The notes under the pieces are model-generated. The model worked only from the letters and a program-made list of their open reading frames with translations. It was not told where the DNA came from and did not search any database. A DNA stretch of 49,247 nucleotides from an uncultured Clostridia bacterium. GTDB lineage: Bacteria > Bacillota > Clostridia > Christensenellales > UBA1242. Location of the stretch: the NCBI GenBank assembly GCA_944383975.1, contig CALWRN010000051.1:1-49247 (forward strand). Reading direction: 5' to 3'. Both the position numbers and the translations under genes were made by a program. This document shows, piece after piece, positions 8,845 to 18,420 of this stretch (its first letter is position 1; every line of letters begins with the position of its first letter).

Positions 8845-9633
8845 TTATTCAGCTTCTTTAGGAAAAATTATTACATATCTATGTGGCTCTGTCCCTTTAC
8901 TTAATGTTGTAACTCTATCATCATCTTGAAGGGCAGTATGAATAATTCTTCTATCACTTGGATTCATTGGATCAAGTTTAACATATCTTCCAGTTTTAAC
9001 AACTTTTGATGCCATTCTTTTTGCAAGTTCAGTCAAACTGTCTGCTCTTTTTTCTCTAAATCCACCAATATCAAGTAATATTTTCTTATCTTGTTTTCCA
9101 CTGACTATTGTAAGCAATCTTGAAATAGCATAAAAACATTCTCCACGATGACCAATCATATCTCCAAGGTCATCTCCAACCACAGAATATGTCACATATT
9201 TGTCATCATCTTTAACATTAATTTCTACAGTTTTTCCAGCTTTTTCAAAAAGACCTTTCAAAAATTCTATAGGTTCAACAATTTTTTCAACTCTGTCATC
9301 TTTTTTTTCTTCAGACTTCTCTTCAGGCTTTTCTTCGTTTGTTTCTTCGCTAGCCTTTTCGCTTTCTTCAGAAACATCTTCTTCCTTTTCGGTCTTCTCT
9401 TCTTTTATAACATATTCTTTTTGTTTAGCTTCTTCATTTGTTATAAATTTTTGGTGTTTTTCATATTTTTCTTTGGCATCATCAGAAATTGTTACCAAAA
9501 CTTTGGCTTTTTTAAATAATCCACCTTCGTTTAATATTTTTATATCAACATCTTCTCTTGATGCCTTAAGTTCTATAAGTGCGTTTTCAATTGCTTTTTC
9601 AATATTTTTTCCTATTCCCTCAGCAGAAAGCAT
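8845..9633 (-). CDS. khpB: Jag/EloR/KhpB RNA-binding protein (Jag_N, acidic linker, KH, R3H)
   Basis: G..IEKAIENAL.EL Jag_N, IGHRG KH motif, PMNPSDRRIIH R3H motif; canonical position after yidC. Confidence 0.95.
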   Translation of the reverse strand: MLSAEGIGKNIEKAIENALIELKASREDVDIKILNEGGLFKKAKVLVTISDDAKEKYEKHQKFITNEEAKQKEYVIKEEKTEKEEDVSEESEKASEETNEEKPEEKSEEKKDDRVEKIVEPIEFLKGLFEKAGKTVEINVKDDDKYVTYSVVGDDLGDMIGHRGECFYAISRLLTIVSGKQDKKILLDIGGFREKRADSLTELAKRMASKVVKTGRYVKLDPMNPSDRRIIHTALQDDDRVTTLSKGTEPHRYVIIFPKEAE

Positions 9634-9654
9634 TTTTTCCTCCCTAATATTTAT

Positions 9655-11106
9655 TTAAAATTTTCTAGAATAATCTACTGTTACTTTATCTTCTTCTTTT
9701 TTCTTTGTTTTATCAATAATTTTATCAACAATAAATAATTGTAATGGTGTCAATATTGTTGCAACAAGTTGACTTACAAGCATATAAATTGCAAATACAC
9801 TATTGTAGAACAAAGCAAATATTCCAAGCAATACCGGAATTATAATTTGAACCCATTTTCCGTTTTGTTTAACAGGTGTTATACCTTTTTTCTTATTTTT
9901 GATTTTATTGTAAAGTGTGTTTACATACATTGACAACACAGCTACAAGAACACATAAAATAGGAAGAATATAATATCCATTAACTCTATTTTTTGCATCT
10001 TTTAAATCAACCATAAAGGCATTATAAATTTGCTCTTCACCTTCTTCAATGTTTGCTGATCCTATTTGACTTTTTAAAGTTCCATAATCAACTATTGAGT
10101 CTTGGAAAGGTGAGTCTGCAAACCAAATATTTTCTATCCAAAGAAAACTATCTTTATTTACATCATAAACATTTTCTATTCTATTCATAGCAACATTTTG
10201 AATTGCTTGTGAAAGATATAAAGGTTTATAAACAGGATTTCCTTCTGCATCAACAACTTGGTTTCCTTCTGCATCAAGTTCAGGTTGATAATTTTCTATT
10301 AATACAATTTCTTTTGAACCAATTTCTTCTCCTTCTTCATAAACAGGGAAAATCTTGTTTAAAATAGAAATTATATATTCATTTGATGTTATAATTGCCT
10401 CTTGTGGTTGTTCACCTTCAGGCGTTTCAGAAGGTGTTACGCTTTCGTCAACTCTGCTAAAATCAGTTGAATATTTACAAGTATAAACAACTTCGTTTTG
10501 CTCTCCATTTTTACGGACTAATGAAATATTTTGTTCTCCATTTTCTGGATTTATTTCAACTATAAATTCAAGATTTTCATAATCAGAAAATAAATCTTTT
10601 ACTTCTGGGTTATTATAATCTCCATCATAATTGTTTACAACATATTCATTAACAACGTTTAAGCAGTTTTCATAATTATATTTTAAATTATCATAATTTG
10701 CACTAATTTTATAAGCTGCCATTGAGTTTAAGCCTGCAAACAATGTAAAGAAAATTACAAGGTTTAGTATCATAACTACAAGCATTATAATACAACTGCC
10801 ATAATAACTTCTTCCATAATTGCGTCTATAAAGTTCGTTCTGTTTTTGTTGCATTACTTGTGGTTGATTTGCATATTTTGCTTTAATCTTTTCAAGCTCT
10901 GGTTGCATTTTTGCTTGCATTGCATTCATTTTTTGTTGACTGTATTTACTGAAAATATCTACAAGTCCCCAAATAACTCTTATAACAACTGTCAAAAATA
11001 TAATTGCAAGAACATAATTGTTTGTTACCGCTTCAAAAGCTTTTATTATTGTTATCCAAAAACCAGATGGCTCACTTACAGATAAAAGTGTGCTTAAAAT
11101 AGCCAT
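9655..11106 (-). CDS. yidC: Membrane insertase YidC/Oxa1 with a large inserted extracytoplasmic loop
   Basis: [12 protein letters not shown]1, [12 protein letters not shown] coiled coil, FLW..., ILP, C-terminal TMs; lies between yidD and jag. Confidence 0.9.
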   Translation of the reverse strand: MAILSTLLSVSEPSGFWITIIKAFEAVTNNYVLAIIFLTVVIRVIWGLVDIFSKYSQQKMNAMQAKMQPELEKIKAKYANQPQVMQQKQNELYRRNYGRSYYGSCIIMLVVMILNLVIFFTLFAGLNSMAAYKISANYDNLKYNYENCLNVVNEYVVNNYDGDYNNPEVKDLFSDYENLEFIVEINPENGEQNISLVRKNGEQNEVVYTCKYSTDFSRVDESVTPSETPEGEQPQEAIITSNEYIISILNKIFPVYEEGEEIGSKEIVLIENYQPELDAEGNQVVDAEGNPVYKPLYLSQAIQNVAMNRIENVYDVNKDSFLWIENIWFADSPFQDSIVDYGTLKSQIGSANIEEGEEQIYNAFMVDLKDAKNRVNGYYILPILCVLVAVLSMYVNTLYNKIKNKKKGITPVKQNGKWVQIIIPVLLGIFALFYNSVFAIYMLVSQLVATILTPLQLFIVDKIIDKTKKKEEDKVTVDYSRKF

Positions 11107-11360
11107 TTTGTTTCTCCTTTAATATTTATAGGAATTGGGTCATATCCACAGTTTTTGTTTTTAGGATTACATCTAAGAATTCTTTTAAAACCTAAACAAC
11201 TTCCCTTTATAACACCAAATTGGTTTACAGCATCTATAAAATAACTAGAACAGGTAGGATAAAACCTACAAGTATGGGGAAGTAGTGGCGAAATTAATCC
11301 TTTATATAAATAAATAGGCAACTTTCCGATAAACCTTATTGTTTGTTTTAAGATATTCAT
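11094..11360 (-). CDS. yidD: Membrane protein insertion efficiency factor YidD
   Basis: [28 protein letters not shown]. Confidence 0.95.
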   Translation of the reverse strand: MNILKQTIRFIGKLPIYLYKGLISPLLPHTCRFYPTCSSYFIDAVNQFGVIKGSCLGFKRILRCNPKNKNCGYDPIPINIKGETKWLF

Positions 11361-11365
11361 AGAAA

Positions 11366-11725
11366 TTAATCTTTAACTTTATTAAATAAATCAAGAAGTT
11401 GACTTTCTATCTCTTTATATTCTAACAAACAAGCACCAAACTTTGCCTGTAAAACGTAATTATGAAATTCCTTGGCTAAATTATTTAACCTTACAACTTC
11501 TTTTACTCTTCTTCTTAAAAGGTTTCTTTTATTTGCCTTTCCTTCTTTTTTACTTATTGAATAACCAATTTTATAATTTTTAAATTTGCTTTTTATAACA
11601 AAAAGGTTGAAATTTTTTGTATGATATCTTTCACCCTTTTTATAAATATAATTAAATTGTTTATTCTTTTTTAATCTATGGTCTGACCTTGCTTTTGTAT
11701 TAAGCAGACAATTTTTTTCTTCCAC
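11366..11725 (-). CDS. rnpA: Ribonuclease P protein component (GTG start overlapping rpmH; start uncertain)
   Basis: [29 protein letters not shown] motif; canonical synteny. Confidence 0.9.
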   Translation of the reverse strand: MEEKNCLLNTKARSDHRLKKNKQFNYIYKKGERYHTKNFNLFVIKSKFKNYKIGYSISKKEGKANKRNLLRRRVKEVVRLNNLAKEFHNYVLQAKFGACLLEYKEIESQLLDLFNKVKD

Positions 11726-11834
11726 GATTTCTTCTTCTTTTTAAAACGTTTCTTCCACCATTAGTTCTCATTCTTTCTCTAAAACCGTGAACTTTACTTC
11801 TTTGTCTTTTCTTTGGCTGATAAGTTCTTTTCAT
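11700..11834 (-). CDS. rpmH: 50S ribosomal protein L34 (44 aa); start corrected to 11834
   Basis: [22 protein letters not shown]...GRKKLSA, GGAGG RBS upstream. The track's 86-aa version is an upstream extension. Confidence 0.98.
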   Translation of the reverse strand: MKRTYQPKKRQRSKVHGFRERMRTNGGRNVLKRRRNRGRKKLSA

Positions 11835-11870
11835 TTTAAAACGTGCCTCCTTTTTAATTGTAACTACTTT

Positions 11871-11899
11871 ATTATAGAGAATAAAAAAGATTTTGTCAA
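11871..11899 (-). promoter_or_regulatory. Consensus sigma-A promoter of rpmH-rnpA-yidD-yidC-jag (TTGACA-17-TATAAT)
   Basis: Perfect hexamers with 17-nt spacer. Confidence 0.9.
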
Positions 11900-12126
11900 T
11901 TGTAATATTTACTTTTTTTGTCATATTTAATAATATATATATAAATAAATAAGACAGCACTTTTATTTTAATTGTTAATTTTTATTAAAATTAAAGAAAA
12001 AAATAATCAATTAAATTAAAAAATTTATTAAAAATATAATATTTTTTATTTTTTTATTAAATTAAAAACAATTTCTTATGTATTTATTTTATTTTTCTTC
12101 ATACAAAATAGTGTAGGGGGAAAAAC

Positions 12127-12432
12127 ATGATTCCAAGAGAATTAAAAAGAAAGATTGAAAAATATTATTCTGACAATCCGAAAATTATGTCATATTTAAA
12201 TAAAGAAGATGTCAATAATCTTTATCTATGTTTATTTGATGATTATAGTAATATACAAGCAATACCAAATTCTACAGTTTTATATTATTTAAGACGTAAA
12301 GATTTGGGGAGTAACCTTGATATTCATAATGACCTTGACACACTTTATAAAATTGCACAAGATAATAAAGAAAAAATAAGCATTTTTATTGAATTTGAAA
12401 ACTTTTTCAAAGATGATGAAAACTTTGTATAA
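12127..12432 (+). CDS. Hypothetical protein (101 aa)
   Basis: ORF with G-rich RBS (GTAGGGGG) and a terminator immediately downstream; no recognisable family. Confidence 0.65.
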   Translation: MIPRELKRKIEKYYSDNPKIMSYLNKEDVNNLYLCLFDDYSNIQAIPNSTVLYYLRRKDLGSNLDIHNDLDTLYKIAQDNKEKISIFIEFENFFKDDENFV

Positions 12433-12460
12433 AAAAAGCATCAATGTTTAGATGCTTTTT
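12433..12460. terminator. Bidirectional terminator between the hypothetical gene and dut
   Basis: AAAAAGCATC / 8-nt loop / GATGCTTTTT. Confidence 0.75.
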
Positions 12461-12465
12461 ATTTT

Positions 12466-12996
12466 TTAATTTTTATTTGAACTTCCCCAGCCTTTATCTC
12501 CTCTTTTTGAAGGTATAGCCAAAAGTTCATCTAATGTGATTTCTTTTATATTTAAGTCTTCAACTTTATGAATAATCCCTTGTGCAATAGCCTTTTTAGT
12601 ATTATAAATTAAGGGATTATCTTTCATAAGTTCTGGATATTTATTTTTAAATTCTTCTTCAGTTAAATTTGTAAATATCAAAGGTATTGAATTAGAGTTT
12701 GTAATTGCAATTTTTATTTCTCCACGATATCCACTATCAATAACACCAGCACTCTTCTTTATTCCTTTAGAGCCTGTGCTTGAACGCTCTTCTATTTGAA
12801 GATAATATTTAGGACTGCAAGCCCAAGCAATTCCTGTTGGAACTAATTTTGTTTTGTTTGGTTCAATAAAAATATAATCTTCATCAAAACAAGCATATAT
12901 ATCATAGCCAGCATTTTCAACCTCTTTGCTTGGTATTATTGCCTTGTCTTTCATTTTTGCAAAGTAAATATCATTTTCATTTTCAAAATAATTCAT
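12466..12996 (-). CDS. dut: Trimeric dUTP diphosphatase
   Basis: AGYDI, ERSS, GVIDSGYRGEI, IAQ, RGDKGWGSS motifs. Confidence 0.95.
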   Translation of the reverse strand: MNYFENENDIYFAKMKDKAIIPSKEVENAGYDIYACFDEDYIFIEPNKTKLVPTGIAWACSPKYYLQIEERSSTGSKGIKKSAGVIDSGYRGEIKIAITNSNSIPLIFTNLTEEEFKNKYPELMKDNPLIYNTKKAIAQGIIHKVEDLNIKEITLDELLAIPSKRGDKGWGSSNKN

Positions 12997-13071
12997 TATA
13001 TTCTCCTTAATTTAACTTGCTTATTATAACTTATAAAAATTTTATTAATTTACTTTCTATCATTTTTAAAT

Positions 13072-13101
13072 AAGAACATATCAAACTATTGATATGTTCT
13101 T
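13072..13101 (-). terminator. Terminator after dnaN
   Basis: AAGAACATATCAA / ACTA / TTGATATGTTCTT, 13-bp perfect stem. Confidence 0.75.
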
Positions 13102-13228
13102 TTATTTTTACGCTTAAACATAATCTTTAAATTAAGATTTTTAAATTCTTTAAATTTCCTTATTTTATAATTATAAATAGAATATTTTTATTTAACTTTC
13201 ATACATTTTCGTTTTTATTGTTATTGAA

Positions 13229-14326
13229 TTAACCAATTACTCTAACAGGAAGAATTAAGTATAAGAATTCATCTTCTTCTGTTGGAACAATAACTGAAAG
13301 AGATTGTTTATTAAAACAAATCTTTACAAATTCATTTGTGTTAACTCTTAAACTTTCAAGGAAATATCTTGGATTAAATGATGCAACCAAATCTTTTCCA
13401 GAAACATTTACAGGGATATTTTCCTTTATGTTTCCAAGTTCTGAATTTGATGTAATTAAAAGATTATTTTCTTTAATATCAAATTTAACATAATTGTTAT
13501 TGCTTGTTCTTGAAAGAAGGGTAGCTCTTTCAAGTGCTTGTTCAAATTGTTCTTTATTTACAATTACAAATGTTTCATAATTTACTGGAATAATTTGTTT
13601 ATAATTAATATAATCACCTTCAAGTAGTCTTGAAGTAACTTTGGTATCTCCAAGATCAACTAAAATTGTGTATTTGTCTATATAGATATTTATTATTTCA
13701 TCGCTGTCGTCAATAAGTTTGCTAAGTTCACTTAAACTTCTTGCTGGAACAACAATTGATTTTACAATATTTGAAGTGATATTCTTCTTAACTCTTGCAA
13801 GTCTATATCCATCAAGCGCAACAACATTAAGTTCATTATGATTTATATCAAATAAAACACCTTTTAATATTGGTCTTGAATCATCAATGGCAACAGAGAA
13901 TATTGATTTGTTTACACATGTTTTGAAATCTTTTTTACTTATTCCAAAATATTCCTTTGTTTCAACTTTTTTAAATCCAGGATATTCAACTGAATTATAG
14001 CATTGAATTATACTTTCACTGTCATCATAACGAATTATTAATTGATTTTTTTCGTTTAGTTCAAGTTCAATTTGAGAATTTGTAAGTTTTTTAACAAACT
14101 CTGTAATAAATCTTCCTGGAACAACTGTTTCTCCTTCAACCTTTACATCTGCTTTAATCTTCTTTTCAATTGAAAGTTCAGTATCTGTTGCAGACATTGT
14201 TAAAGTTCCATCTTCTGCAATAATTCTTATTCCCTCTAAAATAGGGTTTGTAATCTTATTTGAAATTGCTTTACTTACTCTTAAAAATGCTTCAGACAGA
14301 TCAAGTCCTTGACAACTAACTAACAT
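13229..14326 (-). CDS. dnaN: DNA polymerase III beta sliding clamp
   Basis: PILEGI, ATDTELSI, RPILKGV, VALDGYRLA, SRLLEGDY, FNPRY, LILPVR. Confidence 0.97.
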   Translation of the reverse strand: MLVSCQGLDLSEAFLRVSKAISNKITNPILEGIRIIAEDGTLTMSATDTELSIEKKIKADVKVEGETVVPGRFITEFVKKLTNSQIELELNEKNQLIIRYDDSESIIQCYNSVEYPGFKKVETKEYFGISKKDFKTCVNKSIFSVAIDDSRPILKGVLFDINHNELNVVALDGYRLARVKKNITSNIVKSIVVPARSLSELSKLIDDSDEIINIYIDKYTILVDLGDTKVTSRLLEGDYINYKQIIPVNYETFVIVNKEQFEQALERATLLSRTSNNNYVKFDIKENNLLITSNSELGNIKENIPVNVSGKDLVASFNPRYFLESLRVNTNEFVKICFNKQSLSVIVPTEEDEFLYLILPVRVIG

Positions 14327-14621
14327 ATTTTTTAATCTCCTTATCTAATAAATATTATACCACTTTTGGCTTTTTAAAGCAAGTTATTTATATAGGTTCA
14401 AATATTTAAATTTTTATTTTTGGGTGCTTTGCAAAAGAGAAAGAATATTTATTTTATATTTCTTGATAATAATATTAATAATAGACAATGTATAAATGTG
14501 TATAAGTTTTTTAAACGGCTATATATTGTATAAATTTGTCTAATTTTTTAGATTTGTTATGCTATATATAGTTTTTATGCTATGTGGATAACTTGTGGAT
14601 TAATTGGAAATGTTATCCACC
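14327..14621. other. oriC: Replication origin oriC (dnaA-dnaN intergenic) with DnaA boxes and DnaA-trios
   Basis: Perfect boxes TGTGGATAA 14583-14591 and TGTGTATAA 14497-14505. One-mismatch boxes at 14594-14602 and 14613-14621; degenerate tandem box at 14487-14495. Adjacent trios TAA TAA TAT TAA TAA TAG at 14467-14484, followed by AT-rich DNA, as in the B. subtilis basal unwinding system. Confidence 0.88.
14354..14382 (-). promoter_or_regulatory. Sigma-A promoter of dnaN (TTGCTT-17-TATAAT with TG extension)
   Basis: Hexamers at 14377-14382 and 14354-14359. Confidence 0.75.
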
Positions 14622-15974
14622 TTTCAACATTTTTTTAATCTCGCTTACAAAAGATTGAATTTTGTGAGAAGTTTTAAGTTCGTCAGAAATCTTATCTCTT
14701 GAGTGCATTATTGTTGTGTGATCTCTTCCACCAAAAATTTTTCCTATTGAAACAAGTGGGATTTCAAGTATTTCACTGATAAGATAAATTGCAATCATTC
14801 TTGGTTCAACAACATCTTTACTTTTCTTTTTACCAATGATATCTTGTTTGGTTATATCAAAATATTGACAAACTTTTTCAATAATATCATCGGCCGTTAC
14901 ACCATCATTTTTATCTTCTTCAAGTTCACTATCAAAAGCCTCTATTGCTTCTTCCATAGTTGCAGAATGTTTATTATATAGGTTTGCAAGGAAATATACT
15001 TTTGAAAGCATTCCTTCAAGTTCCCTTATATTTGTAACATTCTTTTCTGCAATAAAATCAATCACATCATCATCAATTACATATTTTTCAAGTTGACATT
15101 TTTTTCTTAATATAGCAATTCTTGTTTCATAATCTGGTGCTTGTATATCTTGAATAAGTCCACATGTAAAACGAGAACGAAGCCTATCAGCAAGTGTTTC
15201 TATATCTTTTGGTGGTCTATCAGAAGATATAATAATTTGTTTATTGTTTTGATATAATTCATTGAATGTATGGAAAAACTCTTCCTGAGTGCTTGTCTTT
15301 TTTGAAATAAATTGAATATCATCAACCATCAATACATCAAGATTTCTATATTTTGTTCTAAATTCAAGGACTGATTTATTCTTTGATGCAGATCCTAAAC
15401 TTTCTATATAGTCATTTGCAAATTTTTCGCATGTAACATACATAACATTTAGATTTGGATTATATTCTTTTATATAATTTCCTATTGCATGGAGAATATG
15501 TGTTTTTCCAAGTCCAACACCACCATATATAAAAAGTGGATTAAACTTTTCGCCAGGGTGTTCTGCAACAGCTCTTGCTGCGGCATATACAAATTGGTTA
15601 GATTTTCCTACAACAAAGTTATCAAAAGTATATTTCTCATTAAATGGATTTTTTGTAACCTCAATTTCTTTTTCTTTTGTTTTATCACCATTAATTTTTA
15701 TATATTCAATTTCTTCATTTTGATCTAAAACCTCAATTGTTACATCTTCACCAAATATGTCGTGAACAGCAGAATTAAGTTTTTCAAAATAATTTCTTAA
15801 AATTTGATTTTTTGCTGATGTTGAATTTGTTGCAATTATAAGTTTATTTCCATCTACAAGGTCCACAACCTTTAAAGGTTTAAACCACATAACGAAAGAT
15901 ACATTTGAAACAGTAAGTTCAAGTTTATCAAGCACAGCTTGCCATAAAGAAGATAAGTCTTGCATATTTTCCAC
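14613..15974 (-). CDS. dnaA: Chromosomal replication initiator DnaA (GTG start 15974, or ATG 15965 with AGGTGG RBS)
   Basis: YTFDNFVVGKSN, YGGVGLGKTH Walker A, VDDIQF, QEEFFHTFN, RLRSRF, GGRDHTT. Confidence 0.98.
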   Translation of the reverse strand: MENMQDLSSLWQAVLDKLELTVSNVSFVMWFKPLKVVDLVDGNKLIIATNSTSAKNQILRNYFEKLNSAVHDIFGEDVTIEVLDQNEEIEYIKINGDKTKEKEIEVTKNPFNEKYTFDNFVVGKSNQFVYAAARAVAEHPGEKFNPLFIYGGVGLGKTHILHAIGNYIKEYNPNLNVMYVTCEKFANDYIESLGSASKNKSVLEFRTKYRNLDVLMVDDIQFISKKTSTQEEFFHTFNELYQNNKQIIISSDRPPKDIETLADRLRSRFTCGLIQDIQAPDYETRIAILRKKCQLEKYVIDDDVIDFIAEKNVTNIRELEGMLSKVYFLANLYNKHSATMEEAIEAFDSELEEDKNDGVTADDIIEKVCQYFDITKQDIIGKKKSKDVVEPRMIAIYLISEILEIPLVSIGKIFGGRDHTTIMHSRDKISDELKTSHKIQSFVSEIKKMLKGG

Positions 15975-15996
15975 CTTTTTTAATTAATATGATTTC

Positions 15997-16025
15997 ATTA
16001 TAACTTTGTAATAAAAAAAAGTCAA
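15997..16025 (-). promoter_or_regulatory. Sigma-A promoter of dnaA (TTGACT-17-TATAAT)
   Basis: Hexamers at 16020-16025 and 15997-16002. Confidence 0.85.
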
Positions 16026-16038
16026 CTAAGGCTGACTT

Positions 16039-16066
16039 AAAAAAGCCCCAACGGTGGGACTTTTTT
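16039..16066 (-). terminator. Terminator insulating dnaA from the upstream lipoprotein gene
   Basis: Minus-strand RNA GUCCCA-ccgu-UGGGGC-UUUUUU; the G-U pair forms only in this orientation. Confidence 0.8.
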
Positions 16067-16104
16067 ATTTATTCATTCATTTTAAATTAGTTAATAAACT
16101 TATT

Positions 16105-16932
16105 TTACATAAATGCTTCAAGAATTTTATCTATAAGATTGGTTGTTAAATTAAAACTGTATACTTTATCATTAATTTCACAAGTAATTTTTACTGGATT
16201 GCTATTAAATTCCTCAATACTTACATGAGTATCAAGTTCAAATAAATATTGATATGCTGTTACACCACTTTCTGGTCCTTCATAATCTTCAAGAACAGTT
16301 TTTTCAAGTCCAACTTTTTCTCCATTATAAAAAGCAGAAATTTTTGAAGGTTCATCGTAGAAAATAACACTTACGTTGTTTACTAAATTATCTTCTGTTA
16401 TATTATTTCCAGAGTGAGAAATAATTTCTGCAAGGTCAGAATATCTACTGTCGTTAACTGTGAAATTAGATGTAGTTTCAACAATTATGCTATTATCATT
16501 TTTAAGATCAACAACTTTTAATGTTATGGAAAAATCTCCAGGTTGTTTTGCTGTAAATTTTATTGGTGTTGTAACATTATATTGTGCTGGAAGTTCAAAC
16601 CCATCAGAAGGTCCCCAAGTTTTAAGTTCTGATAAGTTAAATTCTCTACCTTGCTCATCAGTTGCAACGATATCAAGATTTTGGTCGTTATCAAGTTCAA
16701 GCCAAATTTGAACACTTTCATAACCATTTTCACCAAGTTCATCTGTCTTTAAAGTAACATTAAAGTTCACTTGTTCTCCAACGTAAATTTCGTTTGGTGC
16801 ATCTGTTTCAAATTTATAAGTTGAATATAAATTTTGTCCACAACTAGCCAAAATAAAACCAGTCATTAAAACAATTAAAGTTAAAGTCATTGCAGTTAAT
16901 ATATATTTTAAATTTTTTGTATTAGTTTTCAT
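16105..16932 (-). CDS. Putative lipoprotein (275 aa, acidic, beta-rich/Ig-like)
   Basis: Basic N-terminus, hydrophobic stretch, lipobox LAS-C; AAGGAG RBS. Confidence 0.75.
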   Translation of the reverse strand: MKTNTKNLKYILTAMTLTLIVLMTGFILASCGQNLYSTYKFETDAPNEIYVGEQVNFNVTLKTDELGENGYESVQIWLELDNDQNLDIVATDEQGREFNLSELKTWGPSDGFELPAQYNVTTPIKFTAKQPGDFSITLKVVDLKNDNSIIVETTSNFTVNDSRYSDLAEIISHSGNNITEDNLVNNVSVIFYDEPSKISAFYNGEKVGLEKTVLEDYEGPESGVTAYQYLFELDTHVSIEEFNSNPVKITCEINDKVYSFNLTTNLIDKILEAFM

Positions 16933-17078
16933 AATTTCTCCTTTTTATTTTTATAATTTAATCAACCCACATTAATAAGGCGAAAATATATTTATTTTTG
17001 ATTGAAAAAATTAAATAATTTTAAAATTTAATAATATTATTTTTAGTATTTTTTATAGTTTTATGCTATTATAATAAT

Positions 17079-18140
17079 ATGTTTATAAAAAAATTAGTGC
17101 TCAAAAATTATAGAAGTTATCAAAATAAAACTTTTGATTTTGATAAAAATCTGAATATACTTGTAGGAAAAAATGCCCAGGGAAAGACTAATGTTATTGA
17201 GGCTATTTTTTATGCAATCATTGGAAAAAGTTTTAAAACTTCTAAAGAAAAAGAAGTCGTTAATTGGAATAGTGAAAAGGCATATATTAAAGCAGAATTT
17301 GAAAAGAAATATAGAGATGTTGATATTGAATTATTTTTTGATATAAATCATAAAAAAGCAGTAAAAATTGATGGTTTACCAATTAAAAAAATTGGTGAAT
17401 TAATGGGGTGTGCAAATGCAGTTTTCTTTTCTCCTGACGAGCTTAAACTTGTAAAAGAAAGTCCTGAAGAACGAAGACGCTTTATGAATATTGATATTTC
17501 ACAAACCAACAAAAGATATTTTTATTTAATAGGAAGATATGAAAAGGTTCTTGCAAATCGTAACAAACTTTTAAAAAGTTCAAAAGATATGGAAGTTGTT
17601 AAAGAGACCATTGATATTTGGGACAGAGCTTTAAGTGATCTTGCAGAGAAAATTGCAATTGAAAGAAAAAAGTTTATTGAAGAGCTTGCACCTTATGCAA
17701 AACTTGCACATCAATATATTTCAAGTGGAAAAGAAGACATTGAAATAAAATATTGCAGTAGTTTTGATGATGATTATGCTAATAAAATGATGAAAGCCTT
17801 ACAAAAAAATTTAGAAAAAGATTTTAAATTAGGTTATACTACTGTGGGAGTCCATAGAGATGATTTGGATATTTATCTAAATGGTGTAGAAGTGAAAAAT
17901 TTTGGCTCACAAGGTCAGCAAAGAACAGTTGCCTTATCAATGAAACTTGCAGAACTTGAAATAATTAAAAATAGGGTGGGCGAGTATCCAATTTTACTTT
18001 TAGATGATGTTTTTAGCGAACTTGATAAAGATAGAAGAAAAAAACTTTTAAATTTTACATCTAAATCTCAAACAATCATTACTTGCACAGAAATTGATGA
18101 TAATATAAATGCAAACATAATTAAAATTGTGAAAGATTAA
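17079..18140 (+). CDS. recF: DNA replication and repair protein RecF
   Basis: L.L.NYRSY, GKNAQGKTN Walker A, P.ERRRF.N, G.HRDDL, GSQGQQRT, LLLDDVFSELD. Confidence 0.97.
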   Translation: MFIKKLVLKNYRSYQNKTFDFDKNLNILVGKNAQGKTNVIEAIFYAIIGKSFKTSKEKEVVNWNSEKAYIKAEFEKKYRDVDIELFFDINHKKAVKIDGLPIKKIGELMGCANAVFFSPDELKLVKESPEERRRFMNIDISQTNKRYFYLIGRYEKVLANRNKLLKSSKDMEVVKETIDIWDRALSDLAEKIAIERKKFIEELAPYAKLAHQYISSGKEDIEIKYCSSFDDDYANKMMKALQKNLEKDFKLGYTTVGVHRDDLDIYLNGVEVKNFGSQGQQRTVALSMKLAELEIIKNRVGEYPILLLDDVFSELDKDRRKKLLNFTSKSQTIITCTEIDDNINANIIKIVKD

Positions 18141-18255
18141 ATTGCACTAAAAAATATTTATTAATATTAAATAATGTTTTGATTATGTAATCTATTAAAT
18201 AAAATCCTATCATTTTTATTTTTAAGTTTTATTGCTATAAGATCATAAGGGAGTA

Positions 18256-18342
18256 TTAAAAAGTTTTATAACTTAAAAAGGTTACTAGTGCAATAATACA
18301 AGATAAACCTATCACTATACCAGAATAAATTTTTATTTTCAT
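18256..18342 (-). CDS. Unannotated 28-aa single-TM micropeptide MKIKIYSGIVIGLSCIIALVTFLSYKTF (type I toxin-like)
   Basis: Manual translation. GGAGG 6 nt upstream of ATG, TAA stop, about 20 hydrophobic residues flanked by Lys. Below the ORF-track length cutoff. Confidence 0.55.
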   Translation of the reverse strand: MKIKIYSGIVIGLSCIIALVTFLSYKTF

Positions 18343-18343
18343 A

Positions 18344-18420
18344 AAAAACCTCCATTTGAAACTATTTTCAATTTTAGCAAAATTGCTTTTTTGAATAATA
18401 GAAGAAAAATGGAGGTTTTT
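18344..18420. promoter_or_regulatory. 14-bp perfect stem (18344-18357 / 18407-18420) with a 49-nt loop; sequesters the micro-ORF SD and may act as a bidirectional terminator
   Basis: AAAAACCTCCATTT...AAATGGAGGTTTTT with U-tracts on both strands; inner hairpin CAATTTT-AGC-AAAATTG. Confidence 0.75.

Noticed and set aside
11700-11960. Thermus-style rnpA fully overlapping rpmH, or an 86-aa L34
   Set aside because: The rnpA frame has stop codons within rpmH upstream of the GTG, and the L34 extension crosses its own promoter.
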